Origin: Andalucia godoyi And28
Lineage: Eukaryota; Protista; Jakobida
Reading direction: 5' to 3'
DNA length: 64,000 nt
NCBI GenBank assembly: GCA_009859145.1
Contig: VRVR01000018.1
Coordinates: 303,923 to 367,922, forward strand
Part shown: piece after piece, positions 61,901-64,000 of the stretch
Numbering within the stretch: the first letter of the stretch is position 1
Layout: every line of letters begins with the position of its first letter
The notes under the pieces: model-generated
What the model saw: the letters and a program-made list of their open reading frames with translations, nothing else
The model's database searches: none
Told to the model about the DNA's origin: nothing
Translations under genes and position numbers: made by a program

Positions 61901-62782
61901 GGCCCAGAGTGTTTCTTCTCAACGTGGACGTATACTTCAAGTTACGTGGCGTCTGTCCTCTCTCCTTTCATTGTCGTGTTCATTGTCGTTTGCATCTGGA
62001 TTGTTGGAACTTTCAAAATGAAAGCGTCCGACGTCCAGCGCCGAAAGGCGTGGCTTGACCGATGTCGCCGATCGGCCATTTTCCTATTCCTACTTATGTT
62101 CATGTCCGCTATCTCTGCAGTCCTTTCGTCGCTGTCTTGTACCACTGATGCTGGTGACGGAAAGTCGTATCTGGTGTACTATCCCAACGAGAGATGTTCT
62201 CAAACGCTGCTGGCCGTCTCATCTTTTCTGCTCTTGCTGTACGCTCTTGTCATCCCTGGTGTGTTGTCTTTTCTTGTATGGCGCAGCGGAGTTCTCGCGA
62301 AGGATGCAAAATCCGATACACGAAGAATGTACGTATATTCACTGTTGTTTGGATCATATCTTCCAAATAGGAGATGGTGGGAACTCGTAGTAACGCTTCG
62401 ACGAATTTTATTTGTTGCTGCGTATGTTACGATTCCGCCTCTCTCGGAATACAGAACGATGTTGGTTGCAAGTGTGTTGGTGGGTGCAGCAACTGTTCAG
62501 GCAGTCGCAACCCCATACCTCCGCAAAGTTGAGAATTCGGTGGAAGTTGCGTCGCTTGGGATTCTCCTGGTCAATCTTGTATGTTCCGTTCAATCGCAAG
62601 TCCTTGCAGTGCGAGATGTTGACGGCGCAGGAACGATTGTGTTTCTCATGAACATTGGATTTTCCGCGATTCTGGTTGGGATGCTGCTGTCTCATTTCGG
62701 AAGACGGTGGCGGAAGCACATCAGCCTTGGAGGTGATGCGGTTCTTACCGAAAACCTGCTGGAGACGAATGGAGCACTGTAG
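58916..62782 (+). CDS. LRR receptor-like protein: signal peptide, N-terminal extension, plant-type 24-aa LRRs, Cys-rich region, ~7 TM (1288 aa)
   Basis: Signal peptide MIPSLVLSLVLVLLLPSVSLLLVSG. LRRNT (LADLYLSTNGSNW...CC..LYGYACD). LxxLxxLxLxxNxLxGxIPxxLGNL repeats. CVCRPGFY...C; CRLGYDGRLCSAC..GY. TM block with KVLVFFWQ and FGSY...WWELV..LRR. Confidence 0.92.
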   Translation: MIPSLVLSLVLVLLLPSVSLLLVSGTEPNVVFDGKIGLLPRAVVEQVSRDVFGQSLQRVDDSSFVLQATVGNASWWAELEPRLQPTVFLMLKDSILGFAGGLIFQFQRDSFEDSTAFAETMPANEGVALMNVAGDVAGEALDTEVELAVYRPQPRETSLDQIIARSQHSLRQRMRNRVHYSHELHHGHRMHHRHTREFEVQKLLLANEGVDKTASDAFNVRSYAPDCAVLADLYLSTNGSNWQPINWGQSLPEEFLSSCCSLPLYGYACDSSGRVAALDLSANQLIGSIPPSLGNLSHLQFLDLFSNQLTGSIPSLGLQLQFLILSSNRLEGSIPESLGNLVLLQYLDLDSNELSGTIPDSLGRLTELVYLDLDSNNLDGSIPPSLGNLRKLQQLYLFSNQLTGPIPDTFGNLTQLQILYLFSNQLSGSIPISLGNLQEIQELYLFSNQLTGSIPDTFGNLTQLQDLYLFANQLTGSIPASLGNLTMLEAFLLNNNELSGELSCGSLGPSLTTLNLQGNALVGPIPSCFCSQNGLQFAFLGNNNFTSFPNCSLSSVILLDLSSNRISSFPFSMISGFSGLVTLDLSYNQFTGKFPLNVFVGRSALRSLSLAYNMFVDNFPLYLCNYVSDTGIVMNTESKLKTIDLSGNTITGVPGIMDYSNVNCEICSNFLYYSLTTLNMRDTKMPALFSPFSYEVNGTSVCSIQTLSFFEVLPFLSGLSALDVSSNDLVVDLDFVVALPLLSSFDIRKNPNARKSLLSYTNQQRFLFDAKTNYPFSTSMSCVQFTVGKLSFEADPVFFDYENCVCRPGFYGKPPGCLPCFPNADCSFQSESDISFRNLSMAFRESGNIIAQPGYYASPSVTFAEMMNNQSYPKLVEICSHAGTDLTPCHATRSGACRLGYDGRLCSACSSGYFRTGDRCVECPDTVGLVFFAIFFFFAIFLLFAWSFFVGSSSSGLVKVLVFFWQALFFIRTPMSSGLYIFTHGTSTATALSVAGPECFFSTWTYTSSYVASVLSPFIVVFIVVCIWIVGTFKMKASDVQRRKAWLDRCRRSAIFLFLLMFMSAISAVLSSLSCTTDAGDGKSYLVYYPNERCSQTLLAVSSFLLLLYALVIPGVLSFLVWRSGVLAKDAKSDTRRMYVYSLLFGSYLPNRRWWELVVTLRRILFVAAYVTIPPLSEYRTMLVASVLVGAATVQAVATPYLRKVENSVEVASLGILLVNLVCSVQSQVLAVRDVDGAGTIVFLMNIGFSAILVGMLLSHFGRRWRKHISLGGDAVLTENLLETNGAL

Positions 62783-63168
62783 CGATGAGTCTCTATCAGG
62801 TGCTAAATGGACAGTCGACAAATGCACAACAGCCCGCGCGCTGTACGGATTGAGCACTTTTAAAATTTCAAAATGCGATATCCTGTTAGCAAAGACGTCA
62901 CGCGCTATTAATGATGTTTTGCAGAGTTGTGGATTGCGCGAATGCTAATGCGTCGTAGCGCGGATCAGAAGCGTCCTATGCAGCTGCGGCGCAATTTCCC
63001 AACGCTCGCGTCCACATTCGCTGCTGTTGGGTAGTTCATGCACTCTCTGGAACGCATTTCTCCCCTTTGATGTCAGACGGTTTTTTGTGCCAGTGTTGTA
63101 CGTTATCATAGAATTGTTTCTTCTACTCCAATAAAATAGGGAGTCTGAAATCCGACGAATTCCAAGAC

Positions 63169-63390
63169 TAGGGTTCGCCACGCGACGTCAAAGAAGCCGT
63201 GACGTCGCGTCATATTGACGTCAAATGCGACGGCCGAAAGCTCGCCCTTCCCGTCGTTCCATCATATGACGCTGACTACAGCAGGTGTCACTTCTGCATA
63301 TCCTGCCAAGAAACTGGCGGGAAAATGCACTTTTGCCGCCGCGCATCATGCCGCCGAAAGCACTCCCCCTTTTTGATTTCGTTCTGCATT

Positions 63391-63421
<31 letters not shown>

Positions 63422-64000
63422 CCCGTGCGTGTAACTTCTTTTTGTATCTCGCGTTGTTCATTTGTGTGACGTGCGAATGGGGGGCAGTCTTGGTATCAAG
63501 GATAAATGGTTCAGTGAAAAACGCCCAAAGGTAACGAAGGGAGGAAAGCCTTCTTCCGAGTTCAAATGCTGCAAATGTGATGAATGGGTTTCCAATCATC
63601 CAGAGCGTATGTACAATCACGTCTTCGTGCACTGTAAGAACGTGACTGAGACGGACCGCGATATGTTATTGACGTCTTTGCCGGTGGGCGAAGTTGAGAA
63701 CTGGGCCCCGATGCGATTTCGCAAGCGTGCTCGGGCGGCGTCGAGCACTGAGGATTTTTCTGGCAACAGGAGCCAACTGGAAGACATGTTTGAACAAGCC
63801 GAGGTCAAAAAGACAATGTTGGATCGTTCGCTGTGCGATGCTTTGGTGTCTGCAAACATCCCGTTCCATGTTTTGGAGAACATCAAGATCCAGGCGTTTT
63901 TGTCTCACTTGGGGTACACGGCGCCTTCGCCATCAACTGTGCATCGCCGTATTCTACCAGAGACTGTTTGCCTCGCTCGCCATAAAATCGTTGAAAAAAT
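63169..64000 (+). mobile_element. Left end of a hAT-superfamily DNA transposon (truncated by the window end)
   Basis: Candidate TIR TAGGGTTCGCCA at 63169, GACGTC subterminal repeats at 63184, 63201 and 63217, then a transposase ORF. The boundary is inferred. Confidence 0.65.
63477..64000 (+). CDS. hAT transposase N-terminus (BED zinc finger + dimerisation-like region); runs off the window and is missing from the ORF track
   Basis: Manual translation from ATG 63477: MGGSLGIKDKWF...FKCCKCDEWVSNHPERMYNHVFVHCKNV...LCDALVSANIPFHVLENIKIQAFLSHLGYTAPSPSTVHRRILPE. No stop before 64000. Confidence 0.88.
   Translation, partial: MGGSLGIKDKWFSEKRPKVTKGGKPSSEFKCCKCDEWVSNHPERMYNHVFVHCKNVTETDRDMLLTSLPVGEVENWAPMRFRKRARAASSTEDFSGNRSQLEDMFEQAEVKKTMLDRSLCDALVSANIPFHVLENIKIQAFLSHLGYTAPSPSTVHRRILPETVCLARHKIVEK

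Noticed and set aside
2302-62857. Numerous long antisense or alternate-frame ORFs overlapping the main genes (e.g. 2302-3201, 24917-25813, 26448-27809, 40284-41216, 59649-60497)
   Set aside because: These are shadow ORFs expected from ~50% GC coding sequence. None shows an independent domain signature.

Overview
Gene-dense, intron-poor eukaryotic nuclear DNA, most likely from a free-living heterotrophic protist (lineage not determinable from sequence alone). I can support about 26 protein-coding genes and only two spliceosomal introns. Housekeeping genes: SBDS, NAA40, FARSA, RAD6/UBC2, a class I cyclic-nucleotide PDE, SPRING1-like, RPL7A, a Josephin DUB, ATG101, ARMH3-like, PA2G4/EBP1 and ASCC2-like. 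Four very large surface or secreted proteins: a polycystin-1-like REJ/GPS protein, a 13x IPT/TIG protein, a phage-tail-fibre-like type II membrane protein and an LRR-7TM receptor. Also present: two bacterial-looking enzymes, two identical inverted tRNA-Gln(CUG) genes, two copies of a ~0.55 kb hairpin-rich dispersed repeat, many leader-proximal microsatellites, and the left end of a hAT transposon running off the window. The most unusual observations are: (1) a membrane-anchored ~1780 aa protein built like a phage/giant-virus tail fibre; (2) a catalytically dead TatD fused to a Yvh1/DUSP12-type zinc-binding domain; (3) a secreted TIG rod tipped by a degenerate GH25 lysozyme domain; (4) a structured repeat whose substitutions spare its stems; (5) a structured RPL7A first intron with a C/D (K-turn)-like motif overlapping a cryptic acceptor. 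All family assignments come from motif recognition by eye; no searches were run.
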